Assembly (NCBI GenBank): GCA_964016885.1
Contig: CAXHJY010001669.1
Location: forward strand, 1 to 64,000
DNA: 64,000 nucleotides
Reading direction: 5' to 3'
Source of the DNA: Eledone cirrhosa
Lineage: Eukaryota
This document shows, one piece after another, positions 20,467 to 37,300 of the stretch. The notes under the pieces are model-generated. The model did not search any database and was not told the origin of the DNA. It saw only the letters and a program-made list of their open reading frames with translations. Every line of letters starts with the position of its first letter. The first letter of the stretch is position 1. The translations under genes and the position numbers were made by a program.

Positions 20467-23400
20467 CCCCACAGCCAGAGTTACCAACACCACCACTACT
20501 ACTACTACCTCCACAGCCAGAGTTACCAACACCACCCCCACTACTACTACTACTACCTCCACAGCCAGAGTTACCAACACCACCACTACTACTACTACTA
20601 CCTCCACAGCCAGAGTTACCAACACCACCACCACCACTACTACTACTACCTCCACAGCCAGAGTTACCAACACCACCACCACTACTACTACTACCTCCAC
20701 AGCCAGAGTTACCAACACCACCACCACCACTACTACTATTACCTCCACAGCCAGAGTTACCAACACCACAACCACTACTACTACCCCCACAGCCAGAGTT
20801 ACCAACACCACCACCACCACCACCACTACTACTACCTCCACAGCCAGAGTTACCAACACCACCACCACTACTACTACCTCCACAGCCAGAGTTACAACAC
20901 CACCACCACTACTACTACTACTACCCCCACAGCCAGAGTTACCAACACCACCACCACCACCACTACTACTACCCCCACAGCCAGAGTTACCAACACCACC
21001 ACTACTACTACCCCCACAGCCAGAGTTACCAACACCACCACCACCACTACTACTACCCCCACAGCCAGAGTTACCAACACCACCACCAATACTACTACTA
21101 CTACCTCCACAGCCAGAGTTACCAACACCACCACCACCACCACTACTACTACCCCCACAGCCAGAGTTACCAACACCACCACTACTACTACTACTACCCC
21201 CACAGCCAGAGTTACCACCACCACCACTACTACTACCTCCACAGCCAGAGTTACCAACACCACCACCACTACTACTACTACTACCTCCACAGCCAGAGTT
21301 ACCAACACCACCACCACTACTGCTACTACTACCTCCACAGCCAGAGTTACCAACACCACCACTACTACTACTACTACTACCCCCACAGCCAGAGTTACCA
21401 ACACCACCACTACTACTACTACTACCCCCACAGCCAGAGTTACCACCACCACCACTACTACTACCTCCACAGCCAGAGTTACCAACACCACCACTACTAC
21501 TACTACTACTACCTCCACAGCCAGAGTTACCAACACCACCACTACTACTACTACTACCTCCACAGCCAGAGTTACCAACACCACCACCACTATTACTACT
21601 ACCCCCACAGCCAGAGTTACCAACACCACCACTACTACTACTACCTCCACAGCCAGAGTTACCAACACCACCACCACCACTACTACTACTACCCCCACAG
21701 CCAGAGTTACCAACACCACCACCACTACTACTACTACCCCCACAGCCAGAGTTACAAACACCACCACCACTACTACTACTACTACTACCTCCACAGCCAG
21801 AGTTACCAACACCACCACCACTACCTCCACAGCCAGAGTTACCAACACCACCACCACTACTACTACCCCCACAGCCAGAGTTACCAACACCACCACCACT
21901 ACTACTACCCCCACAGCCAGAGTTACCAACACCACCACCTCTACTACTACCTGCACAGCCAGAGTTACCAACACCACCACCACTACTACTACTCCCTCCA
22001 CAGCCAGAGTTACCAAAACCACCACCACCACTACTACTACTACTACTACCTCCACAGCCAGAGTTACCACCACCACCACCACCACCACTACTACTACTAC
22101 CTCCACAGCCAGAGTTACCAACACCACCACCACTACTACTACCTCCACAGCCAGAGTTACCAACACCACCACCACCACTACTACTACTACCTCCACAGCC
22201 AGAGTTACCAACACCACCACCACTACTACTACCTCCACAGCCAGAGTTACCAACACCACCACCACCACTACTACTACTACCTCCACAGCCAGAGTTACCA
22301 ACACCACCACTACTACTACCCCCACGGCCAGAGTTACCAACACCACCACCACTACTACTACTACCCCCACAGCCAGAGTTACCAACACCGCCACCACTAC
22401 TACTACTACCTCCACAGCCAGAGTTACCAACACCACCACTACTACTACTACTACCTCCACAGCCAGAGTTACCAACACCACCACTACTACTACTACCCCC
22501 ACAGCCAGAGTTACCAACACCACCACTACTACTACTACTACTACCTCCACAGCCAGAGTTACCAACACCACCACCACTACTACTACTACCCCCACAGCCA
22601 GAGTTACCAACACCACCACCACTACTACTACTACCTCCACAGCCAGAGTTACCAACACCACCACCACTACTACTACTACTACCTCCACAGCCAGAGTTAC
22701 CAACACCACCACCACTACTACTACCTCCACAGCCAGAGTTACCAACACCACCACCACTACTACTACTACTACCTCCACAGCCAGAGTTACCAACACCACC
22801 ACCACTACTACTACCTCCACAGCCAGAGTTACCAACACCACCACTACTACTACTACTACCTCCACAGCCAGAGTTACCAACACCACCACCACTACTACTA
22901 CTACTACCTCCACAGCCAGAGTTACCACCACCACCACTACTACTACCTCCACAGCCAGAGTTACCAACACCACCACCACCACTACTACTACCTCCACAGC
23001 CAGAGTTACCAACACCACCACCACTACTACTACCTCCACAGCCAGAGTTACCAACACCACCACCACTACTTCTACTACTACCTCCCAAGCCAGAGTTACC
23101 AACACCACCACCACTACTACTACTACCTCCACAGCCAGAGTTACCAACACCACCACCACCACTACTACTACTACTACCTCCACAGCCAGAGTTACCACCA
23201 CCACCACCACCACTACTACTACTACCTCCACAGCCAGAGTTACCAACACCACCACCACTACTACTACCTCCACAGCCAGAGTTACCAACACCACCACCAC
23301 CACTACTACTACTACCTCCACAGCCAGAGCTACCAACACCACCACCACTACTACTACTACCTCCACAGCCAGAGTTACCAACACCATCACCACCACTACT

Positions 23401-23479
23401 ACTACTACTACCTCCACAGCCAGAGTTACCACCACCACCACCACCACTACTACTACTACCTCCACAGCCAGAGTTACCA

Positions 23480-25650
23480 ACACCACCACCACTACTACTA
23501 CTACCACCACAGCCAGAGTTACCAACACCACCACCACCACCACCACTAATATCCCCACAGCCAGAGTTACCAACACCACCACTACTACTACTACTACCCC
23601 CACAGCCAAAGTTACCAACACCACCACCACCACTACTACTACTACCTCCACAGCCAGAGTTACGAACACCACCACCACTACTACTACCTCCACAGCCAGA
23701 GTTACCAACACCAACACCACTAATACTACTACCTCCACAGCCAGAGTTACCAACACCACCACTACTACTACTACTACTACCTCCACAGCCAGAGTTACCA
23801 ACACCACCACTACTACTACTACTACCTCCACAGCCAGAGTTACCAACACCACCACCACTACTACTACTACCCCCACAGCCAGAGTTACCAACACCACCAC
23901 CACTACTACTACCCCACAGCCAGAGTTACCAACACCACCACTACTACTACTACCTCCACAGCCAGAGTTACCAACACCACCCCCACTACTATTACTACTA
24001 CCTCCACAGCCAGAGTTACCAACACCACCACTACTACTACTACTACTACCTCCACAGCCAGAGTTACCAACACCACCACCACCACTACTACTACTACCTC
24101 CACAGCCAGAGTTACCAACACCACCACCACTACTACTACTACCTCCACAGCCAGAGTTACCAACACCACCACCACCACTACTACTACTACCTCCACAGCC
24201 AGAGTTACCAACACCACAACCACTACTACTACCCCCACAGCCAGAGTTACCAACACCACCACCACCACCACCACTACTACTACCTCCACAGCCAGAGTTA
24301 CCAACACCACCACCACTACTACTACCTCCACAGCCAGAGTTACAACACCACCACCACTACTACTACTACTACCCCCACAGCCAGAGTTACCAACACCACC
24401 ACCACCACCACTACTACTACACCCACAGCCAGAGTTACCAACACCACCACTACTACTACCCCCACAGCCAGAGTTACCAACACCACCACCACCACTACTA
24501 CTACCCCCACAGCCAGAGTTACCAACACCACCACCAATACTACTACTACTACCTCCACAGCCAGAGTTACCAACACCACCACCACTACTACTACTACCAC
24601 CACAGCCAGAGTTACCAACACCACCACCACCACCACCACTAATATCCCCACAGCCAGAGTTACCAACACCACCACTACTACTACTACTACCCCCACAGCC
24701 AAAGTTACCAACACCACCACCACCACTACTACTACTACCTCCACAGCCAGAGTTACCAACACCACCACCACTACTACTACCTCCACAGCCAGAGTTACCA
24801 ACACCAACACCACTAATACTACTACCTCCACAGCCAGAGTTACCAACACCACCACTACTACTACTACTACTACCTCCACAGCCAGAGTTACCAACACCAC
24901 CACTACTACTACTACTACCTCCACAGCCAGAGTTACCAACACCACCACCACTACTACTACTACCCCCACAGCCAGAGTTACCAACACCACCACCACTACT
25001 ACTACCCCACAGCCAGAGTTACCAACACCACCACTACTACTACTACCTCCACAGCCAGAGTTACCAACACCACCCCCACTACTATTACTACTACCTCCAC
25101 AGCCAGAGTTACCAACACCACCACTACTACTACTACTACTACCTCCACAGCCAGAGTTACCAACACCACCACCACCACTACTACTACTACCTCCACAGCC
25201 AGAGTTACCAACACCACCACCACTACTACTACTACCTCCACAGCCAGAGTTACCAACACCACCACCACCACTACTACTACTACCTCCACAGCCAGAGTTA
25301 CCAACACCACAACCACTACTACTACCCCCACAGCCAGAGTTACCAACACCACCACCACCACCACCACTACTACTACCTCCACAGCCAGAGTTACCAACAC
25401 CACCACCACTACTACTACCTCCACAGCCAGAGTTACAACACCACCACCACTACTACTACTACTACCCCCACAGCCAGAGTTACCAACACCACCACCACCA
25501 CCACTACTACTACACCCACAGCCAGAGTTACCAACACCACCACTACTACTACCCCCACAGCCAGAGTTACCAACACCACCACCACCACTACTACTACCCC
25601 CACAGCCAGAGTTACCAACACCACCACCAATACTACTACTACTACCTCCA
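23480..25650. repeat. Tandem 1,093-bp higher-order duplication (also present in the 36-kb copy at ~59510-61680)
   Basis: ACTAATATCCCC, GCCAAAGTT and both 1-bp deletion markers recur at +1093. ORF pairs 23909/25002 and 24340/25433 agree. Confidence 0.9.
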
Positions 25651-28600
25651 CAGCCAGAGTTACCAACACCACCACCACCACCACTACTACTACCCCCACA
25701 GCCAGAGTTACCAACACCACCACTACTACTACTACTACCCCCACAGCCAGAGTTACCACCACCACCACTACTACTACCTCCACAGCCAGAGTTACCAACA
25801 CCACCACCACTACTACTACTACTACCTCCACAGCCAGAGTTACCAACACCACCACCACTACTGCTACTACTACCTCCACAGCCAGAGTTACCAACACCAC
25901 CACTACTACTACTACTACTACCCCCACAGCCAGAGTTACCAACACCACCACTACTACTACTACTACCCCCACAGCCAGAGTTACCACCACCACCACTACT
26001 ACTACCTCCACAGCCAGAGTTACCAACACCACCACTACTACTACTACTACTACCTCCACAGCCAGAGTTACCAACACCACCACTACTACTACTACTACCT
26101 CCACAGCCAGAGTTACCAACACCACCACCACTACTACTACTACCCCCACAGCCAGAGTTACCAACACCACCACTACTACTACTACCTCCACAGCCAGAGT
26201 TACCAACACCACCACCACCACTACTACTACTACCCCCACAGCCAGAGTTACCAACACCACCACCACTACTACTACTACTACCCCCACAGCCAGAGTTACA
26301 AACACCACCACCACTACTACTACTACTACTACCTCCACAGCCAGAGTTACCAACACCACCACCACTACCTCCACAGCCAGAGTTACCAACACCACCACCA
26401 CTACTACTACCCCCACAGCCAGAGTTACCAACACCACCACCACTACTACTACCCCCACAGCCAGAGTTACCAACACCACCACCTCTACTACTACCTGCAC
26501 AGCCAGAGTTACCAACACCACCACCACTACTACTACTACCTCCACAGCCAGAGTTACCAAAACCACCACCACCACTACTACTACTACTACCTCCACAGCC
26601 AGAGTTACCACCACCACCACCACCACTACTACTACTACCTCCACAGCCAGAGTTACCAACACCACCACCACTACTACTACCTCCACAGCCAGAGTTACCA
26701 ACACCACCACCACCACTACTACTACTACCTCCACAGCCAGAGTTACCAACACCACCACCACTACTACTACCTCCACAGCCAGAGTTACCAACACCACCAC
26801 CACCACTACTACTACTACCTCCACAGCCAGAGTTACCAACACCACCACCACTACTACTACTACCTCCACAGCCAGAGTTACCAACACCACCACTACTACT
26901 ACTAGTACCCCCACAGCCAGAGTTACCAACACCACCACTACTACTACCCCCACAGCCAGAGTTACCAACACCACCACCACCACCACTACTACTACCTCCA
27001 CAGCCAGAGTTACCAACACCACCACTACTACTACTACCCCCACAGCCAGAGTTACCAACACCACCACTACTACTACTACTACTACCTCCACAGCCAGAGT
27101 TACCAACACCACCACCACTACTACTACTACCCCCACAGCCAGAGTTACCAACACCACCACCACTACTACTACTACCTCCACAGCCAGAGTTACCAACACC
27201 ACCACCACTACTACTACTACTACCTCCACAACCAGAGTTACCAACACCACCACCACTACTACTACCTCCACAGCCAGAGTTACCAACACCACCACCACTA
27301 CTACTACTACTACCTCCACAGCCAGAGTTACCAACACCACCACCACTACTACTACCTCCACAGCCAGAGTTACCAACACCACCACTACTACTACTACTAC
27401 CTCCACAGCCAGAGTTACCAACACCACCACCACTACTACTACTACTACCTCCACAGCTAGAGTTACCACCACCACCACTACTACTACCTCCACAGCCAGA
27501 GTTACCAACACCACCACCACCACTACTACTACCTCCACAGCCAGAGTTACCAACACCACCACCACTACTACTACCTCCACAGCCAGAGTTACCAACACCA
27601 CCACCACTACTGCTACTACTACCTCCACAGCCAGAGTTACCAACACCACCACCACTACTACTACTACCTCCACAGCCAGAGTTACCAACACCACCACCAC
27701 CACTACTACTACTACTACCTCCACAGCCAGAGTTACCACCACCACCACCACCACTACTACTACTACCTCCACAGCCAGAGTTACCAACACCACCACCACT
27801 ACTACTACCTCCACAGCCAGAGTTACCAACACCACCACCACCACTACTACTACTACCTCCACAGCCAGAGCTACCTACACCACCACCACTACTACTACTA
27901 CCTCCACAGCCAGAGTTACCAACACCACCACCACCACTACTACTACTACTACCTCCACAGCCAGAGTTACCACCACCACCACCACCACTACTACTACTAC
28001 CTCCACAGCCAGAGTTACCAACACCACCACCACTACTACTACTACCTCCACAGCCAGAGTTACCAACACCACCACCACCACCACCACTAATATCCCCACA
28101 GCCAGAGTTACCAACACCACCACTACTACTACTACTACCCCCACAGCCAGAGTTACCAACACCACCACCAATACTACTACCTCCACAGCCAGAGTTACCA
28201 ACACCACCACCACTACTACTACCTCCACAACCAGAGTTACCAACACCAACACCACTACTACTACTACCTCCACAGCCAGAGTTACCAACACCACCACTAC
28301 TACTACTACCCCCACAGCCAGAGTTACCAACACCACCACTACTACTATTACTACTACCTCCACAGCCAGAGTTACCAACACCACCACTACTACTACTACT
28401 ACCTCCACAGCCAGAGTTACCAACACCACCACCACTACTACTACTACCCCCACAGCCAGAGTTACCAACACCACCACCACTACTACCCCACAGCCAGAGT
28501 TACCAACACCACCACCACTACTACTACCTCCACAGCCAGAGTTACCAACACCACCACCACTACTACTACTACTACCTCCACAGCCAGAGTTACCAACACC

Positions 28601-28869
28601 ACCACCACTACTACTACCTCCACAGCCAGAGTTACCAACACCACCACCACTACTACTACCTCCACAGCCAGAGTTACCAACACCACCACCACTACTACTA
28701 CCTCCACAGCCAGAGTTACCAACACCACCATTACTACTACTACTACCTCCACAGCCAGAGTTACCAACACCACCACCACTACTACTACCTCCACAGCCAG
28801 AGTTACCAACACCACCACCACCACCACCACTAATATCCCCACAGCCAGAGTTACCAACACCACCACTAC

Positions 28870-31276
28870 TACTACTACTACCTCCACAGCCAGAGTTACC
28901 AACACCACCACTACTACTACTACCCCCACAGCCAGAGTTACCAACACCACCACTACTACTACTACTACTACCCCCACAGCCAGAGTTACCAACACCACCA
29001 CCAATACTACTACCTCCACAGCCAGAGTTACCAACACCACCACCACTACTACTACCTCCACAGCCAGAGTTACCAACACCAACACCACTACTACTACTAC
29101 CTCCACAGCCAGAGTTACCAACACCACCACTACTACTACTACCCCCACAGCCAGAGTTACCAACACCACCACTACTACTATTACTACTACCTCCACAGCC
29201 AGAGTTACCAACACCACCACTACTACTACTACTACCTCCACAGCCAGAGTTACCAACACCACCACCACTACTACTACTACCCCCACAGCCAGAGTTACCA
29301 ACACCACCACCACTACTACCCCACAGCCAGAGTTACCAACACCACCACCACTACTACTACCTCCACAGCCAGAGTTACCAACACCACCACCACTACTACT
29401 ACTACTACCTCCACAGCCAGAGTTACCAACACCACCACCACTACTACTACCTCCACAGCCAGAGTTACCAACACCACCACCACTACTACTACCTCCACAG
29501 CCAGAGTTACCAACACCACCACCACTACTACTACCTCCACAGCCAGAGTTACCAACACCACCATTACTACTACTACTACCTCCACAGCCAGAGTTACCAA
29601 CACCACCACCACTACTACTACCTCCACAGCCAGAGTTACCAACACCACCACTACTACTACTACCTCCACAGCCAGAGTTACCACCACCACCACCACCACT
29701 ACTACTACCCCCACAGCCAGAGTTACCAACAGCACCACTAATACTACTACCTCCACAACTTGAGTTACCAACACCATCACCTCTACTACTACCCCCACAG
29801 CCAGAGTTACCAACACCACCACCACTACTACTACTACTACCTCCACAGCCAGAGTTACCAACACCACCACCACTACTACTACCTCCAAAGCCAGAGTTAC
29901 CAACACCACCACTACTACTACTACTACCTCCACAGCCAGAGTTACCAAAACCACCACCACCACTACTACTACTACCTCCACAGCCAGAGTTACCAACACC
30001 ACCACTACTACTACTACTACCTCCACAGCCAGAGTTACCAACACCACCACCACCACTACTACTACTACCTCCACAGCCAGAGTTACCAACACCACCACCA
30101 CTATTACTACTACCTCCACAGCCAGAGTTACCAACACCACCACTACTACTACTACTACCTCCACAGCCAGAGTTACCAACACCACCACCACCACTACTAC
30201 TACTACCTTCACAGCCAGAGTTACCATCACCACCACCACTACTACTACTACCTCCACAGCCAGAGTTACCAACACCACCACCACCACTACTACTACTACC
30301 TCCACAGCCAGAGTTACCAACACCACCAGCACTACTACTACTACCTCCACAGCCAGAGTTACCAACACCACCACCACCACCACCACTACTACTACCTCCA
30401 CAGCCAGAGTTACCAACACCACCACCACTACTACTACCTCCACAGCCAGAGTTACAACACCACCACCACCACTACTACTACTACCTCCACAGCCAGAGTT
30501 ACCAACACCACCACCACCACTACTACTACTACCTCCACAGCCAGAGTTACCAACACCACCACTACTACTACTACTACCTCCACAGCCAGAGTTACCAACA
30601 CCACCACCACCACTACTGCTACTACTACCTCCACAGCCAGAGTTACCAACACCACCACTACTACTACTACTACCTCCATAGCCAGAGTTACCAACACCAC
30701 CACTACTACTACTACCCCCACAGCCAGAGTTACCAACACCACCACTACTACTACTACTACTACCTCCACAGCCAGAGTTACCAACACCACCACTACTACT
30801 ACTACTACCTCCACAGCCAGAGTTACCAACATCACCACCACTACTACTACTACCTCCACAGCCAGAGTTACCAACACCACCACTACTACTACTACCTCCA
30901 CAGCCAGAGTTACCAACACCACCACCACTACTACTACCCCCACAGCCAGAGTTACCAACACGACCACCACTACTACTACTACCTCCACAGCCAGAGTTAC
31001 CAACACCACCATCACTACTACTACCTCCACAGCCAGAGTTACCGATACCACCACCACTACTACTACCCCCACAGCCAGAGTTACCAACATCACCACCACC
31101 ACCACTACTACTACCTCCACAGCCAGAGTTACCAACACCACCACCACCACCACCACTACTACTACTACTACCTCCACAGCCAGAGTTACCAACACCAACA
31201 CCACCACCACTACCTCCACAGCCAGAGTTACCAACACCACCACCACTACTACTACCCCCACAGCCAGAGTTACCAA

Positions 31277-31327
<51 letters not shown>

Positions 31328-34300
31328 CTCCACAGCCAGAGTTACCAACACCACCACAACTACTACTACTACCTCCACAGCCAGAGTTACCAACACCACC
31401 ACCACCACTACTACTACTACTACCCCCACAGCCAGAGTTACTAACACCACCACTACTACTACTACCCCCACAGCCAGAGTTACCACCACCACCACCATTA
31501 CTACTACTACTACCTCCACAGCCAGAGTTACCACCACCACCACCACTACTACTACTACCCCCACAGCCAGAGTTACCAACACCACCACCACTACTACTAC
31601 TACTACCTCCACAGCCAGAGTTACCAACACCACCAACACTACTACTACTACCTCCACAGCCAGAGTTACCAACACCACCACCATTACTACTACTACTACC
31701 TCCACAGCCAGAGTTACCACCACCACCACCACTACTACTACTACCCCCACAGCCAGAGTTACCAACACCACCACCATTACTACTACTACTACCTCCACAG
31801 CCAGAGTTACCACCACCACCAACACTACTACTACTACCTCCACAGCCAGAGTTACCAACACCACCAACACTACTACTACTACCCCCACAGCCAGAGTTAC
31901 CAACATCACCACTACTACTACTACTACTACCTCCACAGCCAGAGTTACCACCACCACCACCAACACTACTACTACTACCTCCACAGCCAGAGTTACCAAC
32001 ACCACCAAAACTACTACTACCTCCACAGCCAGAGTTACCAACACCACCAACACTACTACTACTACCTCCACAGCCAGAGTTACCAACACCACCAACACTA
32101 CTACTACCTCCACAGCCAGAGTTACCAACACCACCAACACTACTACTACTACCTCCACAGCCAGAGTTACCAACACCACCAACACTACTACTACTACCCC
32201 CACAGCCAGAGTTACCAACATCACCACCAACACTACTACTACTACCTCCACAGCCAGAGTTACCAACACCACCAACACTACTACTACTACCTCCACAGCC
32301 AGAGTTACCAACACCACCACCACTACTACTACTACCTCCACAGCCAGAGTTACCAACACCACCAACACTACTACTACCTCCACAGCCAGAGTTACCAACA
32401 CCACCACCACTACTACTACTACCCCCACAGCCAGAGTTACCAACACCACCACTACTACTACTACTACCCCCACAGCCAGAGTTACTAACACCACCACTAC
32501 TACTACTACCCCCACAGCCAGAGTTACCAACATCACCACTACTACTACTACCCCCACAGCCAGAGTTACCAACACCACCACTACTACTACTACTACTACC
32601 TCCACAGCCAGAGTTACCAACACCACCACTACTACTACTACTACTACTACCCCCACAGCCAGAGTTACCAACACCACCACCACCACCACCACTACTACTA
32701 CTACTACCTCCACAGCCAGAGTTACCAACACCACCACTACTACTACTACTACTACTACCTCCACAGCCAGAGTTACCAACACCACCACTACTACTACTAC
32801 TACTACCCCCACAGCCAGAGTTACCAACACCACCACTACTACTACTACTACCCCCACAGCCAGAGTTACCACCACCACCACTACTACTACCTCCACAGCC
32901 AGAGTTACCAACACCACCACCACCACTACTACTACCTCCACAGCCAGAGTTACCAACACCACCACTACTACTACTACTACCTCCACAGCCAGAGTTACCA
33001 ACACCCCCACTACTACTACTACTACCTCCACAGCCAGAGTTACCAACACCACCACCACCACTACTACTACCTCCACAGCCAGAGTTACCAACACCACCAC
33101 CACTACTACTACTACCTCCACAGCCAGAGTTACCAACACCACCACCACTACTACTACTACTACCTCCATAGCCAGAGTTACCAACACCACCACCACCACT
33201 ACTACTACTACCCCCACAGCCAGAGTTACCAACACCACCACTACTACTAGTACCCCCACAGCCAGAGTTACCAACACCACCACCACCAGTACTACTACCC
33301 CCACAGCCAGAGTTACCAACACCATCACTACTACTACCCCCACAGCCAGAGTTACCAACACCACCACCACTACCTCCACAGCCAGAGTTACCAACACCAC
33401 CACCACTACTACTACTACTACCTCCACAGCCAGAGTTACCAACACCACCACCACTACTACTACTACTACCTCCACAGCCAGAGTTACCAACACCACCACT
33501 ACTAATACTACTACTACCTCCACAGCCAGAGTTACCAACACCACCACCACTACTACTACTACCCCCACAGCCAGAGTTACCAACACCACCACTACTAGTA
33601 ATACTACCCCCACAGCCAGAGTTACCAACACCACCACTACTTCTACTACTACCCCCACAGCCAGAGTTACCAACACCACCACCACTACTACTACCTCCAC
33701 AGCCAGAGTTACCAACACCACCGCCACTACTACTACCCCCACAGCCAGAGTTACCAACACCACCACCACTACTACTATCCCCACAGCCAGAGTTACCAAC
33801 ACCACCACCACTACTACTACCTCCACAGCCAGAGTTACCAACACCACCACCACTACTTCTACTACCTCCACAGCCAGAGTTACCAACACCACCACCACCA
33901 CTACTACTACTACTACCTCCACAGCCAGAGTTACCACCACCACCACCACCAATACTACTACTACCTCCACAGCCAGAGTTACCAACACCACCACCACTAC
34001 TACTACCTCCACAGCCAGAGTTACCAACACCACCACCACCACCACTACTACTACTACCTCCACAGCCAGAGTTACCAACACCACCACCACCACTACTACT
34101 ACTACCTCCACAGCCAGAGTTACCAACACCACCACCACCACTACTACTACTACCTCCACAGCCAGAGTTACCAGCACCACCACTACTACTACTACTACCT
34201 CCACAGCCAGAGTTACCAACACCACCACCACCACTACTACTACTACCTCCACAGCCAGAGTTACCAACACCACCACCACTACTACTACTACCTCCACAGC

Positions 34301-37300
34301 CAGAGTTACCAACACCACCACTACTACTACTACTACCCCCACAGCCAGAGTTACCAACACCACCACTACTACTACCCCCACAGCCAGAGTTACCAACACC
34401 ACCACCACTACTACTACTACCCCCACAGCCAGAGTTACCAACACCACCACCACTATTGCTACTACTACCTCCACAGCCAGAGTTACCAACACCACCACCA
34501 CTACTACTACTACCTCCACAGCCAGAGTTACCAACACCACCACCACTACTACTACTACCCCCACAGCCAGAGTTACCAACACCACCACCACTACTACTAC
34601 TACCCCCACAGCCAGAGTTACCAACACCACCACCACTACTACTACTACCCCCACAGCCAGAGTTACCAACACCACCACCACTACTACTACTACTACCTCC
34701 ACAGCCAGAGTTACCAACACCACCACCACTACTACTACTACCTCCACAGCCAGAGTTACCAACACCACCACTACTACTACTACTACCTCCACAGCCAGAG
34801 TTACCACCACCACCACCAACACTACTACTACTACCTCCACAGCCAGAGTTACCAACACCACCAACACTACTACTACTACCTCCACAGCCAGAGTTACCAA
34901 CACCACCAACACTACTACTACTACCTCCACAGCCAGAGTTACCAACACCACCAACACTACTACTACTACCTCCACAGCCAGAGTTACCAACACCACCACC
35001 ACTACTACTACTATCTCCACAGCCAGAGTTACCAACACCACCACCACTACTACTACTACCTCCACAGCCAGAGTTACCAACACCACCACCACCACTACTA
35101 CTACCTCCACAGCCAGAGTTACCAACACCACCAACACGACTACTACTACCTCGACAGCCAGAGTTACCAACACCACCACCACTATTACTACTACCTCCAT
35201 AGCCAGAGTTACCAACACCACCACCACTACTACTACTACCTCCACAGCCAGAGTTACCAGCACCACCACCACTACTACTACCTCCACAGCCAGAGTTACC
35301 AACACCACCACCACTACTACTACTACCTCCACAGCCAGAGTTACCAACACCACCACCACCACTACTACTACTACCCCCACAGCCAGAGTTACCAACACCA
35401 CCACCACTACTACTACCCCCACAGCCAGAGTTACCAACACCACCACCACCACTACTACTACCCCCACAGCCAAAGTTATCAGCACCACCACTACTACTAC
35501 TACCTCCACAGCCAGAGTTACCAACACCACCACCACTACTACTACTACCTCCACAGCCAGAGTTACCAACACCACCACCACCACTACTACTACTACCCCC
35601 ACAGCCAGAGTTACCAACACCACCACCACTACTACTACCCCCACAGCCAGAGTTACCAACACCACCACCACCACTACTACTACCCCCACAGCCAGAGTTA
35701 TCAGCACCACCACTACTACTACTACTACCCCCACAGCCAGAGTTACCAACACCACCACTACTACTACTACCCCCACAGCCAGAGTTACCAACACCACCAC
35801 CACCACTACTACTACCCCCACAGCCAGAGTTATCAGCACCACCACCACTACTACTACTACCTCCACAGCCAGAGTTACCAACACCACCACCACCACTACT
35901 ACTACTACCCCCACAGCCAGAGTTACCAACACCACCACCACTACTACTACCCCCACAGCCAGAGTTACCAACACCACCGCCACCACTACTACTACTACCC
36001 CCACAGCCAGAGTTACCAACACCACCACCACTACTACTACCTCCACAGCCAGAGTTACCAACACCACCACCACTACTACTACTACCTCTACAGCCAGAGT
36101 TACCAACACCACCACTACTACTACTACTACTACCCCCACAGCCAGAGTTACCACCACCACTACTACTACTACCTCCACAGCCAGAGTTACCAACACCACC
36201 ACCACCACTACTACTACTACCTCCACAGCCAGAGTTACCAACACCACCACTACTACTACTACCCCCACAGCCAGAGTTACCAACACCACCACTACTACTA
36301 CTACTACTACCCCCACAGCCAGAGTTACCAACACCACCACCAATACTACTACCTCCACAGCCAGAGTTACCAACACCACCACCACTACTACTACCTCCAC
36401 AGCCAGAGTTACCAACACCAACACCACTACTACTACTACCTCCACAGCCAGAGTTACCAACACCACCACTACTACTACTACCCCCACAGCCAGAGTTACC
36501 AACACCACCACTACTACTATTACTACTACCTCCACAGCCAGAGTTACCAACACCACCACTACTACTACTACTACCTCCACAGCCAGAGTTACCAACACCA
36601 CCACCACTACTACTACTACCCCCACAGCCAGAGTTACCAACACCACCACCACTACTACCCCACAGCCAGAGTTACCAACACCACCACCACTACTACTACC
36701 TCCACAGCCAGAGTTACCAACACCACCACCACTACTACTACTACTACCTCCACAGCCAGAGTTACCAACACCACCACCACTACTACTACCTCCACAGCCA
36801 GAGTTACCAACACCACCACCACTACTACTACCTCCACAGCCAGAGTTACCAACACCACCACCACTACTACTACCTCCACAGCCAGAGTTACCAACACCAC
36901 CATTACTACTACTACTACCTCCACAGCCAGAGTTACCAACACCACCACCACTACTACTACCTCCACAGCCAGAGTTACCAACACCACCACTACTACTACT
37001 ACCTCCACAGCCAGAGTTACCACCACCACCACCACCACTACTACTACCCCCACAGCCAGAGTTACCAACAGCACCACTAATACTACTACCTCCACAACTT
37101 GAGTTACCAACACCATCACCTCTACTACTACCCCCACAGCCAGAGTTACCAACACCACCACCACTACTACTACTACTACCTCCACAGCCAGAGTTACCAA
37201 CACCACCACCACTACTACTACCTCCAAAGCCAGAGTTACCAACACCACCACTACTACTACTACTACCTCCACAGCCAGAGTTACCAAAACCACCACCACC

